Assembly: GCA_007375535.1 (NCBI GenBank)
Contig: VMEM01000002.1
Span: 84,265-148,264 of the forward strand
Source: Parcubacteria group bacterium LiPW_41
GTDB lineage: Bacteria > Patescibacteriota > Minisyncoccia > UBA6257 > GWB1-50-10
Direction: 5' to 3'
DNA: 64,000 nt
This document shows, piece after piece, positions 47,964-57,596 of this stretch (position 1 is the first letter of the stretch; every line of letters starts with the position of its first letter). The translations under genes were made by a program, and so were the position numbers. The notes beneath the pieces were generated by a model. That model made no database searches, was not told the DNA's origin, and saw only the letters and a program-made list of their open reading frames with translations.

Positions 47964-48839
47964 ATGAAACTTATTGAATGTATAAAAAATGCAGAGCAAA
48001 AGAAAATTGCAGTTCCGCATTTTAATGTGGGAAATCTTGAGCAATTAAAAGCGATTGCACACGTGGGAATGAAATTGAATGTTCCTCTTATTATTGGTGT
48101 GTCCGAAGGAGAGCGTGAATATTTAGGAACGCAACATATTGTTGATTTTGTTGCGAGTTATAACAATACCCATGGAAAAGAAGGTGGGTTTCATTTGTAT
48201 TTAAATGCAGATCATACGCACTCACTTGAAAAAGCAAAGGAAGCGGCAAGTGCTGGGTTTGATGCAGTATTATTTGACGCAGGAAAGCTTCCGTTTGAAG
48301 AGGACATAAAGGCAACCAGAGAAGCGGTGATAGCACTTAAAGAAATAAACAAAGATCTTGTTGTTGAGGGAGAGCTTGGATATATTGGGTCATCATCGGA
48401 GATTCTTACAAAAATTCCTGAGGGCGCAGCAATTCGTCCTGAAGATCTGACAACCCCAGAAATGGCAGAGCGATTTACACGAGAAACGGGAATTGATTTA
48501 GTTGCTCCGGCAGTGGAAAACATTCATGGAATGTATGCAAATATGAAGAATCCTGCACTTGATATCGAGCGTATTCGCGCAATACATAAAGCAGTGAATG
48601 TTCCACTAGTGCTCCATGGTGGTTCAGGGACTACTGATGAAGATTTTGCGCGTGCAATTGATGCGGGGATTTCAGTGATTCATATATCAACCGAACTTCG
48701 ATACATCTGGAGAAAAGAACTTGAGGACGTCCTTCGAGAACATCCAATGGAAATTGCACCATCAAAAATAATGCCTGAAATCCTCAAGGCAATTGAGGAG
48801 GTAGTTGAAAAAAGAACTAGATTGTTTTTGAAGATTTAG
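47964..48839 (+). CDS. fba: Class II fructose-bisphosphate aldolase. The ORF track starts at 47931
   Basis: VPHFNVGNLEQ; LNADHTHS; VEGELGYIGSSS; LVLHGGSGT. Confidence 0.85.
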   Translation: MKLIECIKNAEQKKIAVPHFNVGNLEQLKAIAHVGMKLNVPLIIGVSEGEREYLGTQHIVDFVASYNNTHGKEGGFHLYLNADHTHSLEKAKEAASAGFDAVLFDAGKLPFEEDIKATREAVIALKEINKDLVVEGELGYIGSSSEILTKIPEGAAIRPEDLTTPEMAERFTRETGIDLVAPAVENIHGMYANMKNPALDIERIRAIHKAVNVPLVLHGGSGTTDEDFARAIDAGISVIHISTELRYIWRKELEDVLREHPMEIAPSKIMPEILKAIEEVVEKRTRLFLKI

Positions 48840-48941
48840 TTCTGGGGTTGGTTTATTTATTGAGCGTGCTCAGAAAGTTTATAAATTTTGAGCTTCATTT
48901 TTGAGTTTTGAGTTTTGAACTTTCGAGCTTATAATATATTT

Positions 48942-49622
48942 ATGTCTAGAGTTGTAATTTTATATGGTCCTCCAGGATCAGGAAAAGGAACCCAAGCCGA
49001 ACTTTTGGTGCGGAAATATGATTTTATTCACTTTGATTCGGGAAGATATATAGAAAGTTTAGTTCACTCAAAAGAAGCAGCAAAAGATCCGATATTAATG
49101 CGAGAACGGAAGAATTTTGATACAGGAATTTTGTGTACTCCAGAATGGGTTTTAAAAGTTACACGTGATGAGGCAATTCGAGTTGCAAAGTCAGGATTCA
49201 ATTTGGTATTTTCAGGGGCTCCACGAACATTATTTGAGGCATTTGGAGATCATAAAACAAAAGGATTGTTTGATAGTTTGGAAAAACATTTTGGAAAAGA
49301 GAATGTGAGTATTATTCTTTTTACCGCAGGAGAAAATGTTTCAATTTTTAGAAATAGTAATCGGAAGGTATGTTCAGTGTGTGGACTTCCACTACTTGAG
49401 TCGGCAAGGGCGTCCCATTGTGGGTTGTGTGGTGGCTCAATGCGCACACGAACACTTGATAAGCCAGAAATTATTAAGGATCGTCTTGTGCAATACAGAA
49501 CGCGAACATTTCCAATAATTAAGGAACTTAAAAAGCGTGGATATCAAATTAAAACAATAAAGGCAGAGAAACTTCCATTTGAAATATTTAAATCGGTGGA
49601 ACGAAATCTTAAACTTGGATAA
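48942..49622 (+). CDS. adk: Adenylate kinase with a Cys4 zinc lid. The ORF track starts at 48915
   Basis: P-loop ILYGPPGSGKGTQA; lid CSVCGLPLL...HCGLCGG. Confidence 0.85.
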   Translation: MSRVVILYGPPGSGKGTQAELLVRKYDFIHFDSGRYIESLVHSKEAAKDPILMRERKNFDTGILCTPEWVLKVTRDEAIRVAKSGFNLVFSGAPRTLFEAFGDHKTKGLFDSLEKHFGKENVSIILFTAGENVSIFRNSNRKVCSVCGLPLLESARASHCGLCGGSMRTRTLDKPEIIKDRLVQYRTRTFPIIKELKKRGYQIKTIKAEKLPFEIFKSVERNLKLG

Positions 49623-50386
49623 TGGACTCAGTACGACTTAAAACCGAACGCGATTTACAATTTCTTCGTATATCAGGGAAAATTCTTTCTCGTACTCTTT
49701 TGTTATTAAAAAAAGAGGTGAGGGTGGGCGTTTCGTTAAAACATCTTGATAATCTTGCGCGTGCCTTTATTAAGGATGAGGGAGCAATCCCAACATTTTT
49801 AGGATATACACCCGATGGTGCGGGGAAGCCATATCCTGCAGCAATTTGTGCTTCAGTGAATGATACGATTGTTCACGGTATTCCAGGAAATTATGAATTG
49901 AAGGAAGGAGATATACTCTCCATTGATCTTGGAGTTACTTTTGAGGGATATATCACTGATGCGGCTATTACTGTACCAGTGGGAAAAATTTCGAAAGATG
50001 CGCGACGCCTTATTACTGCAACAGAAAAATCATTACAAAATGCGATTCATGAATGTTTTCCAGGAAACACATTAGGAGATATTGGATATGCAATTGAGTC
50101 GGTTGCAAAGAAAGCGGAAGTTTCAGTTATTGAAGGGCTCACAGGGCATGGTGTTGGGTTTGATCTTCACGAAGATCCAAGTATTTTTAATAAAGGAAAG
50201 AAGGGGAATGGAATGAAATTAAAACCAGGAATGGTAATTGCAATTGAACCAATGTTTTCTCTCGGTAGTCCATATGCGACTATTGCACGTGATGATAGTT
50301 TTAAAACAAAAGATAAAAGTTTAAGTGCACACTTTGAACACACAATTGCAATAACTGAGAAGGGATACGAAGTTTTGACTGCATAA
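49622..50386 (+). CDS. map: Methionine aminopeptidase type I
   Basis: IVHGIPGNYELKEGDILSIDLGVTFEGYITDAAITV; HGVGFDLHE. Followed by the terminator atcccgcac...gtgcgggat at 50413-50444. Confidence 0.9.
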   Translation: MDSVRLKTERDLQFLRISGKILSRTLLLLKKEVRVGVSLKHLDNLARAFIKDEGAIPTFLGYTPDGAGKPYPAAICASVNDTIVHGIPGNYELKEGDILSIDLGVTFEGYITDAAITVPVGKISKDARRLITATEKSLQNAIHECFPGNTLGDIGYAIESVAKKAEVSVIEGLTGHGVGFDLHEDPSIFNKGKKGNGMKLKPGMVIAIEPMFSLGSPYATIARDDSFKTKDKSLSAHFEHTIAITEKGYEVLTA

Positions 50387-50486
50387 TAATATAACTATTT
50401 TAGAACCAGAATATCCCGCACCTTTTTATAAAAAAGTGCGGGATTATGTGTGAAATAAAAAATCCCGCGTTAAGCGGGAAGTGTAA

Positions 50487-50768
50487 TTATCGGGACTTTT
50501 TAAGATTTACAAATAAAACAGTGTCCCCAACATCAAAATTTTTTGTTCTGCATTTCTTTAAATCAATCATGAGTACATTAGGTGAGTTTATAGATATTGA
50601 AAATTTCTTTCTGTTTTCAAGGTTTTCAACCTTTAAACTATCTGTTTTTAACTCATGAATGACAACCCACTGACGTCGTCCCGTATTCTCATTTTCCAAA
50701 TTTATATAAAGAGAGACGAGAAAAAGAACGCCAAGAAATACGGCAACCCAAGTCATATTATTTTTCAC
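50487..50768 (-). CDS. Hypothetical small membrane protein
   Basis: N-terminal TM segment. Downstream terminator cccgcgttaagcggg at 50455-50479 on the minus strand. Confidence 0.35.
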   Translation of the reverse strand: MKNNMTWVAVFLGVLFLVSLYINLENENTGRRQWVVIHELKTDSLKVENLENRKKFSISINSPNVLMIDLKKCRTKNFDVGDTVLFVNLKKSR

Positions 50769-50937
50769 TTAAAACCTCGTTAAGTTGTTTAAGAATGTTA
50801 ATATTATATCACATAATATGACAAAAATCAATATATCAAAAACCCGCATAAAACAAGGGTTTTTGATGTTTTTGGTAAAAATTGACTTATTTTTGATTGG
50901 CTGTATCATTTGTGCAGTAACTAAACAAGGAGGAGTA

Positions 50938-51630
50938 ATGTCAGTAAAAGAAGAGATTACCAAACTATTAAAAGGAGTTTCGCCAGGTGATCGTCAACGA
51001 ATGGTTGGTGACATTCTGCGGGAGATTGAAGATTCCTATCCACCATATCAAATTTCTATTGATGCCCCTGTTGAAAAACTTCTCAAACTTTTTGAGGATA
51101 AACTTGCACATGCCAGCGTAGAGTCTGTATTGCGTACACTCAAAGTCAATCTTCTTGAAATCACTGATTTCGAGAGTAAGTATATTACAGTGATGCAGAT
51201 TGAGGAGTTTCAGAAAGATTCCAAAATTGAAATTTCCGATATTTCTGTATTGGAATTTATTTCATATAACCTGATGGGTAGTCGTGCTCCTGATGAGTGT
51301 AGTGTTTTCATAAAAATTCAAAACAAGCGCTTGGAAGAGAAATACCTCACTTGTAGACATGTATGGTATGAATTTCACAATCCGGAAATTATTTTTGATG
51401 TTGAGTCAGAACCACCGAGAGGAGAAAAAGTTTTTCTTCTTAAGAAAATAAAAAAAAGAGCCAGTATAAACTGGCTTTATTTTTTTATTTTGTGGGGGTT
51501 ATGGTTTGGACATTTTTTATTTGAACAACGCTCAGGAATCGTTTTTGTTCCTTCCATCATGAGCGCGCCACACTCAGGACAAATGTTTCCTGTTGGCTTT
51601 GATTTAATGATAAGTTTGCAATCAGGATAA
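50938..51630 (+). CDS. Hypothetical protein (SD aaggagg upstream; the ORF track starts at 50785). Its 3' 150 nt overlap the topA 3' end on the opposite strand
   Basis: ORF with a strong SD at M52 of the tracked ORF. Confidence 0.4.
   Translation: MSVKEEITKLLKGVSPGDRQRMVGDILREIEDSYPPYQISIDAPVEKLLKLFEDKLAHASVESVLRTLKVNLLEITDFESKYITVMQIEEFQKDSKIEISDISVLEFISYNLMGSRAPDECSVFIKIQNKRLEEKYLTCRHVWYEFHNPEIIFDVESEPPRGEKVFLLKKIKKRASINWLYFFILWGLWFGHFLFEQRSGIVFVPSIMSAPHSGQMFPVGFDLMISLQSG
51450..51488. terminator. Hairpin terminator immediately downstream of topA on the minus strand. It lies inside the plus-strand ORF
   Basis: aaaaaaaagagccagtataaactggctttatttttt. Confidence 0.5.
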
Positions 51631-53642
51631 TTTGAACAGCTATAAAACAATCCAAATCGTCCACGTCGTTCCATTAATTCTCCTTTTTTACATTCTGTAC
51701 AAATGACACCTGTTTTCTTTTTTGCCTCTTCCTCTTCACTTGTTTTTATAAATTTACATTTTGGATAATTTGCACAGGAGATAAATTTTCCAAATCGTCC
51801 TTCGCGCTCAATGAGTTTTCCCTTTTCACATTTTGGACAAATCTCCCCAGTTTCTTTTGGCCCTTCCATAATTGACCCATCGATTTTTCGAGCCCCCATA
51901 CAATCAGGAAATCGTTTGCAGCTCAAAAACTTTCCCGTCTTTCCAAGTTTTATAATCATTGGTCCATCACAGAGTGGGCAGGTGAGATGAACTTCCGCAT
52001 CTCCAAGGTTGGTAATTTTTTCTATTTTTTCTCGTGCTTTAATGTCTTTGGTAAACGGTCCATAAAAATCTTTCAAAATTTTCTCGTAATTTTTTGTTCC
52101 ATTTGCGATGTCATCAAGCTCTTGTTCCATCTCTGCGGTGAATGAGTCACTTACATATTTTGGAAAGTGTTCTTCTAAAAAGCTGCTTACCACGTCGCCA
52201 GTGTCTGTCGGGTGGAGTGTTTTATTTACCTTTTCAACATACCCACGATCTTCAAGTGTCTTAATAATTGATGCGTAGGTAGAAGGACGTCCAATGTCGC
52301 GTTTCTCAAGTTCTTTCACAAGTCCCGCTTCTGTATATCGTCCTGGTGGTTCGGTTGCTTTTTCTTCTGACTCAATAGAAACAAGCGTGAGTGGTTCTCC
52401 TTCTGGTAGGTGTGGAAGTTCTACTTCCTCACCCTTTGCAGCAATGTCAGCAGCAAGCCACCCATCAAAAAGAGTGCGGGCACCATTTACTGAAAAATTA
52501 GGAATTGAATTATCCTCAATATTTGCAGATAGTTTTGTGCGCATTATTTTTGCATCAGCCATCTGGGAAGCAACAGTCCGTTCCCAAATCAATCGATACA
52601 GTTTTAATTGATCTTCGGTGGTTCCTGCACGATGTTTTTTTGCTTCTGTTGGTCGTATTGCTTCGTGTGCCTCTTGAGCATTTTTACTTTTTGTAACGAA
52701 TGTTCGTGGAGAAAGATATTCGGCTCCATACTGTTTTTCTATTTCTTTATAAATTCCCTGAAGTGCAACCTGGCTCAACGTCACGCTATCGGTGCGCATA
52801 TAGGTAATATGTCCTGCTTCGTACAGTTTTTGTGCAATTCCCATTGTGCGAGATGGAGAATATCCAAGTCGAGAACTTGCAGCTTGCTGGAGTGTTGAAG
52901 TAGTAAATGGTGGTTTTGGTGATCGTTTTGCCTCAGTTGATTTTATTTGGACAACACGCCACGATCCTTTGTTTGCTTCATTGAGTATTCGGTCATTTTC
53001 TTCTTGTGTGTGTGGTTCCTCTTCACAAACTAAATGGAATCCAGTTCCATTCTGTGTCTCAAAATCACCACCAATTACCCAGTATTGTTCTGGAATAAAC
53101 GCACGAATTTCACGTTCACGCTCCATAATAATACGAAGTGCAGGGGATTGAACTCGTCCTGCTGAGAGACCGTATCGAACTTTTTTCCATATAAGACCAG
53201 AAAGGTCATATCCAACGAGACGATCAAGCACTCGTCGTGCTTCTTGAGCTCTTCGAAGATTTTCATCAATTGTTCGTGGGTGCTGTACTGCTTCTTGAAC
53301 TGCAAGTTCCGTGATTTCGTGGAACACTACCCGTTTTGGATTTTTTAGCGAGCAGGCTTCTTTTATGTGCCACGCAATTGCTTCTCCTTCTCTATCGGGG
53401 TCGGTTGCAAGAAGTACCTCATCTGCCTTTTTTGCTAATTGTTGTATCTCACTTACAATCTTTTCTTTTCCTTTTGAGATTTCATAGTGAGGAATAAATC
53501 CATGCTCAATATCAATTGCTTTCTTGTTATTTTTTGGAAGGTCACGAATATGGCCCACACTTGCGTGGACCTCATATTTTCCCTTGAGATATTTTTCTAT
53601 TGTCTTTGCTTTTGCTGGGCTTTCAACAATTAATAACTTCAT
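51477..53642 (-). CDS. topA: DNA topoisomerase I with C-terminal C4 zinc ribbons
   Basis: MKLLIVESPAKAKTIEKYLKG...VHASVGHIRDLP; Toprim; active-site GHITYMRTDS; four CxxC..CxxC repeats. Confidence 0.95.
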   Translation of the reverse strand: MKLLIVESPAKAKTIEKYLKGKYEVHASVGHIRDLPKNNKKAIDIEHGFIPHYEISKGKEKIVSEIQQLAKKADEVLLATDPDREGEAIAWHIKEACSLKNPKRVVFHEITELAVQEAVQHPRTIDENLRRAQEARRVLDRLVGYDLSGLIWKKVRYGLSAGRVQSPALRIIMEREREIRAFIPEQYWVIGGDFETQNGTGFHLVCEEEPHTQEENDRILNEANKGSWRVVQIKSTEAKRSPKPPFTTSTLQQAASSRLGYSPSRTMGIAQKLYEAGHITYMRTDSVTLSQVALQGIYKEIEKQYGAEYLSPRTFVTKSKNAQEAHEAIRPTEAKKHRAGTTEDQLKLYRLIWERTVASQMADAKIMRTKLSANIEDNSIPNFSVNGARTLFDGWLAADIAAKGEEVELPHLPEGEPLTLVSIESEEKATEPPGRYTEAGLVKELEKRDIGRPSTYASIIKTLEDRGYVEKVNKTLHPTDTGDVVSSFLEEHFPKYVSDSFTAEMEQELDDIANGTKNYEKILKDFYGPFTKDIKAREKIEKITNLGDAEVHLTCPLCDGPMIIKLGKTGKFLSCKRFPDCMGARKIDGSIMEGPKETGEICPKCEKGKLIEREGRFGKFISCANYPKCKFIKTSEEEEAKKKTGVICTECKKGELMERRGRFGLFYSCSNYPDCKLIIKSKPTGNICPECGALMMEGTKTIPERCSNKKCPNHNPHKIKK

Positions 53643-53669
53643 ACAGTATGTTTCACACTATATCACGAA

Positions 53670-54530
53670 TTATTGTGTCAGTATAAATTTTCCTCCTACA
53701 TCATGAATAACATCATCAAGTGCAAGGAGTGTAAGTGCTTCTTGTACCTTACGTGGTTCAAGATGAGTGATTTCTATAATTGTGTCAACTCCCATTGGGT
53801 TTGATGTAGTTCGAAGTGCCTCGACGATTGCATTTGAAATTGGATCGTTTAATGAAAAATTATTTTTACTGTCTTCTTCCTTTTGTATATTAAGATCTTC
53901 CAAAATATCTCTTGGAGAGGTAACCAGTCGCGCTCCATTGCGAATGAGCGAGTGTGATCCCTCATAATTTTTATTATTTATTGGGCCGGGTATTACAAAG
54001 ACGTCGCGTCCTGATTCTATGGCAAGTCGTGCGGTTGCGATTGATCCAGAACGAATTGGTGCTTCAATAACAAGTGTTGCGATCGATAGTCCTGCAACGA
54101 TTCGATTTCGTTCAAGAAATTGACTTGGATATGAGGGACTATTTTCGGGATATTCAGAGAATATACATCCACCTGTTTCAATAATTTTTTTTGCTAATGA
54201 TTCGTGTTGGCGAGGATAAATTGAATCAAGTCCATTTCCTAATACTGCGATTGTTTTTCCATTTGCTTCAAGTGCTCCTTCGTGTGCAGCTCCATCAATT
54301 CCAAGTGCGAGTCCGCTTACTATTACACATCCGAAATGTGCAAGTTCTTTTGCAAATGTTTTTGCGAGAATAAGTCCCTCTCGTGTTGCTTTTCTGGTTC
54401 CAACAATTGCAATGTGTGGTTTTGTCCAATCAGAAAGAGTCCCTAAATAATATAATTGCTTTGGGCTTTTTTCGATTTCTTGGAGTAGAGGGGGATATTG
54501 TTTGTGCTTTGAGTGTAAAACTTCAATCAT
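53670..54530 (-). CDS. dprA: DNA processing protein DprA (Smf)
   Basis: IAIVGTRKATREGLILAKTFAKELAHFGCVIVSGLALGIDGAAHEGAL. Confidence 0.9.
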   Translation of the reverse strand: MIEVLHSKHKQYPPLLQEIEKSPKQLYYLGTLSDWTKPHIAIVGTRKATREGLILAKTFAKELAHFGCVIVSGLALGIDGAAHEGALEANGKTIAVLGNGLDSIYPRQHESLAKKIIETGGCIFSEYPENSPSYPSQFLERNRIVAGLSIATLVIEAPIRSGSIATARLAIESGRDVFVIPGPINNKNYEGSHSLIRNGARLVTSPRDILEDLNIQKEEDSKNNFSLNDPISNAIVEALRTTSNPMGVDTIIEITHLEPRKVQEALTLLALDDVIHDVGGKFILTQ

Positions 54531-54580
54531 TAAATTGTGTGTTACAATTAATTATAGATTAGCAGACGTATTGAGTATAT

Positions 54581-55129
54581 ATGGATTTTAAGAAAAAACT
54601 TGCAATCGAACTTGGAATTACCGCAGTTCTCATTGTTGGTCTTCTTTCTGGTATTTTGGTTTTTGCTTCAAAATTGAAATCGAGTTCTGAGGAGATGTCC
54701 TCGCTTCGCAAAGAACTTGCACTTCGATCAAAATCACTTAATTCTGTGGCAGCACTTCGATCTGAATATGATATTAAGGTAAAAGAACGAATGAAAACAC
54801 TCATTGCGTCTGTTCCTGTAAAAGATCAACTCATTAACATTGCGAAGGATTTTCAGCTCATTTCTTCTGAATCTGGGCTTCAATCATCGTTCACGTTTGT
54901 TGGAGAGACCCCCGCAACAGGAGATATGCTTGGAAGGGTGACATTTAAGCTTTCAGAAGAAGGAAGTTTTGAAAAACTTGTTGACTTTATCTCTGTGTTA
55001 CAAAAGTTTCATTATCTTTCTTCATTTGATTCATTTTCTTTATTACGAAAACAAGAGGGAAATTCAGTGTTGGCTACTCAAGGGAATATTTATTTTCGAG
55101 ATCAGGTAAATTTAAATTCATCTAAATAA
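54581..55129 (+). CDS. Hypothetical membrane-anchored protein; weak resemblance to PilO-like pilus assembly proteins
   Basis: N-terminal TM segment plus a coiled region. Confidence 0.4.
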   Translation: MDFKKKLAIELGITAVLIVGLLSGILVFASKLKSSSEEMSSLRKELALRSKSLNSVAALRSEYDIKVKERMKTLIASVPVKDQLINIAKDFQLISSESGLQSSFTFVGETPATGDMLGRVTFKLSEEGSFEKLVDFISVLQKFHYLSSFDSFSLLRKQEGNSVLATQGNIYFRDQVNLNSSK

Positions 55130-55138
55130 ACGTATCAT

Positions 55139-55366
55139 ATGAAATTATTACCAAAATCGATTTCTAAATCATTTGTACGACAGACAGTATTTTCTGTTTT
55201 GGCAATTTTTTTGTTTTTAATTCTTGGATTTGTTGTAATATATTCCACCACATTTATTGTGAAAAATTCAGAAAGTGCACTCGATATTTCTGTAGAACCA
55301 TCGCCAGCTCAACGGTTTGATTTGCAGGGATATGAGAAACTGGAAATAGTAAAACAGAAGAAATAA
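55139..55366 (+). CDS. Hypothetical small membrane protein
   Basis: ORF with a TM segment. Followed by the terminator aaaagccgccttaggggcggttttt at 55367-55392. Confidence 0.3.
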   Translation: MKLLPKSISKSFVRQTVFSVLAIFLFLILGFVVIYSTTFIVKNSESALDISVEPSPAQRFDLQGYEKLEIVKQKK

Positions 55367-55552
55367 AACAAAAGCCGCCTTAGGGGCGGTTTTTGTGTGG
55401 ACCCGATCGGCAATTGAACAAAATTTCGCAGACGAAATTTTCTGACACCTTGCGGTTTCAGTACTTCCACCACGGGAAAACTCCCGTTTTCCCGACCCCT
55501 TTCTCGTTCAAATCCTTGTACAAAAAAATTCATCAAAGATGAATTTTTATTG

Positions 55553-55625
55553 TGGACCCGACCGGATTTGAACCGGTGACCTCCTCATTGCAAATGAGGC
55601 GCTCTACCAGCTAAGCTACGGGCCC
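55553..55625 (-). tRNA. tRNA-Ala (anticodon UGC)
   Basis: Reverse-complement sequence gggcccgtagcttagctggtagagcgcctcatttgcaatgaggaggtcaccggttcaaatccggtcgggtcca. Anticodon loop ttTGCaa; G3:U70 Ala identity pair. Confidence 0.85.
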
Positions 55626-55665
55626 AAATGTAGCAACTAGCGACTAGGATTTAGTGACTAGTGTG

Positions 55666-55737
55666 GGCGTGAAAGGAATCGGACCTTTGACCTCTGTCTT
55701 ATCAGGACAGCGTTCTACCACTGAACTACACGCCCAA
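55666..55737 (-). tRNA. tRNA-Ile (anticodon GAU)
   Basis: Reverse-complement sequence gggcgtgtagttcagtggtagaacgctgtcctGATaagacagaggtcaaaggtccgattcctttcacgccca; cloverleaf with a GGTCCGATTCC T-arm. Confidence 0.85.
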
Positions 55738-55876
55738 CTTGGAATATAATATCATTTATACATATTTTTTCAAGCATTTTATTATGGGAACGAAATGTGT
55801 ATAAAATCCCTATTGTGCAGGTTATAAGGTGCTCTGTAAATTTTCCACCAATTATGTATCGTGGTACTATATTTGT

Positions 55877-56110
55877 ATGAAGAACGTTATTGTATATTCA
55901 ACTCCATCTTGTGTGTATTGCAAAATGGCAAAAGCATATTTCGATGAAAAAGGAATAAAATATTCTGATAAAGATGTAATGGTTGATATTGAGGCAAGAA
56001 AAGAAATGATGGAAAAATCCGGACAGCTCGGAGTTCCTGTTATTGATATAGGGGGAAAAATTATTGTTGGGTTTGATAAAGGAACAATTAGAGAGCTTTT
56101 GGAACTTTAA
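55877..56110 (+). CDS. Glutaredoxin/NrdH-like redoxin. The ORF track starts at 55829
   Basis: VIVYSTPSCVYCKMAKAYFDEKGIKY...GVPVIDIGGKIIVGFD. Followed by a terminator at about 56114-56141. Confidence 0.75.
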   Translation: MKNVIVYSTPSCVYCKMAKAYFDEKGIKYSDKDVMVDIEARKEMMEKSGQLGVPVIDIGGKIIVGFDKGTIRELLEL

Positions 56111-56284
56111 AGATAGACGCCTCGACACACGGGGCGTTTTTGTTATTCTGAATAAAAGAACATGGTCCCGTTAGAAGTAGTCCCATTTTTTGGGACGTGG
56201 TTCCAACGGCGTATCTAAAAATGTAATACTAAATTATGAATCAAAATAAAATGTCGCAATCAAAAATAAATTACTTCTAACGGG

Positions 56285-56992
56285 ATGGCAAAAAAGATTC
56301 ATCGATTTATTGGGAGCTTCGACTTGGAGAAAAATAGAATTGTTATCACCGATGAGGAGTTGGTGAACCAGATGCGGAACGTATTGAAGTTGTCCGTTGG
56401 AGAACGAATTTGTATTTCAAATGGAAATGGAAATGAAGCGGATGCTCGTGTATATGAAATTAAAAGTAAGGAGGTGCATATTGATGTTGTTTCCCGTTTT
56501 TGTAATATTGTTGAACCAGAAAATGAAACTGCATTATTTTTAGCAATTTTAAAGAATGAAAATTTTGATCTTGTAATCCAGAAAGCGACAGAGGTCGGAA
56601 TAAAGAAAATTATTCCAATGATTACCGAACATACAGTAAAACAAAATATAAACAAAGAACGATTAGAACGTATTGCAAAAGAGGCTGCAGAGCTTTCTGG
56701 CCGTGCGTGTATTCCAGAGATTCATTCAATTATGAAATTTGAAGATGCGATAAACTATGCTCGTGAAATTTCAGAGACAATTTATTTCTTGGATAGTACT
56801 GGAGATGTTATTTCAAAACATAAACCGCAAGGGACCCACATTTCTTTTTTTGTGGGCCCAGAAGGAGGATGGGGAGATGAGGAGAGAATTACTGCGAGTG
56901 ATGCTGGGTTTCCTTTTATTTCATTAAGCCCACTTACGTTTCGAGGGGAAACAGCTGCAATAATTGCTTCATATATTATTGTTAATAGCTAA
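56285..56992 (+). CDS. rsmE: 16S rRNA (uracil1498-N3)-methyltransferase RsmE
   Basis: FFVGPEGGWGDEE; LSPLTFRGETAAIIA; PUA-like N-terminus. Confidence 0.85.
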   Translation: MAKKIHRFIGSFDLEKNRIVITDEELVNQMRNVLKLSVGERICISNGNGNEADARVYEIKSKEVHIDVVSRFCNIVEPENETALFLAILKNENFDLVIQKATEVGIKKIIPMITEHTVKQNINKERLERIAKEAAELSGRACIPEIHSIMKFEDAINYAREISETIYFLDSTGDVISKHKPQGTHISFFVGPEGGWGDEERITASDAGFPFISLSPLTFRGETAAIIASYIIVNS

Positions 56993-57008
56993 AAGTGTAT
57001 TTATATAG

Positions 57009-57596
57009 ATGGGAACAAAAGAACGAAAACAAAAGATACAGAAAATAATGAGTGCCAGACAATCTGGGTGTGTTGTGGTTCTTGAGGATGTTTCGGATCC
57101 GCACAACGCAGCCGCAGTGATACGTACTGCTGAGGCACTAGGAATAAGTGACGTGTGGCTTATATTTAATGAAGGGAAATCATTCAATCCGAGAAAGGTT
57201 GGAGACAAGTCCTCTTCTCACGCAAATAAATGGATGAGATTTCAAAAGTTTAAAAGTAGCAGAGAGTGTATAGAGTCGTTAAGAAGAGATGGATACGAAA
57301 TTGTTGCTACCGCGCTTACCACTAATGCTGAATCATTGTATTCGGCGAACTTGAAAAGTGATAAGATTGCCTTGTTTTTTGGAAACGAACATTCGGGACT
57401 TTCACTTGAGACGATTGAGGCAGCCGATCGAAAGATTAGTATACCGATGCGGGGAATGGTACAAAGTTTAAATATTTCAGTAACTGCAGGAATTGTGATG
57501 TATGAGGTTACCAGACAACGAATGGAAAATTTTGATAGGTATATGATAAGTGATGTTGATGCAAAGAAACTAACCAAGGAATTTAACAATGAATGA
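57009..57596 (+). CDS. SpoU/TrmH-family RNA 2'-O-methyltransferase
   Basis: VVLEDVSDPHNAAAVIRTAEALGI; LFFGNEHSGLS; SIPMRGMVQSLNISVTAGIVMYE. Confidence 0.8.
   Translation: MGTKERKQKIQKIMSARQSGCVVVLEDVSDPHNAAAVIRTAEALGISDVWLIFNEGKSFNPRKVGDKSSSHANKWMRFQKFKSSRECIESLRRDGYEIVATALTTNAESLYSANLKSDKIALFFGNEHSGLSLETIEAADRKISIPMRGMVQSLNISVTAGIVMYEVTRQRMENFDRYMISDVDAKKLTKEFNNE

Noticed and set aside
55380-55900. rRNA genes expected next to the tRNA-Ile/tRNA-Ala pair
   Set aside because: The flanking sequence is AT-rich and shows none of the conserved 16S 3' (anti-SD) or 23S 5' motifs. The tRNAs appear to be stand-alone.
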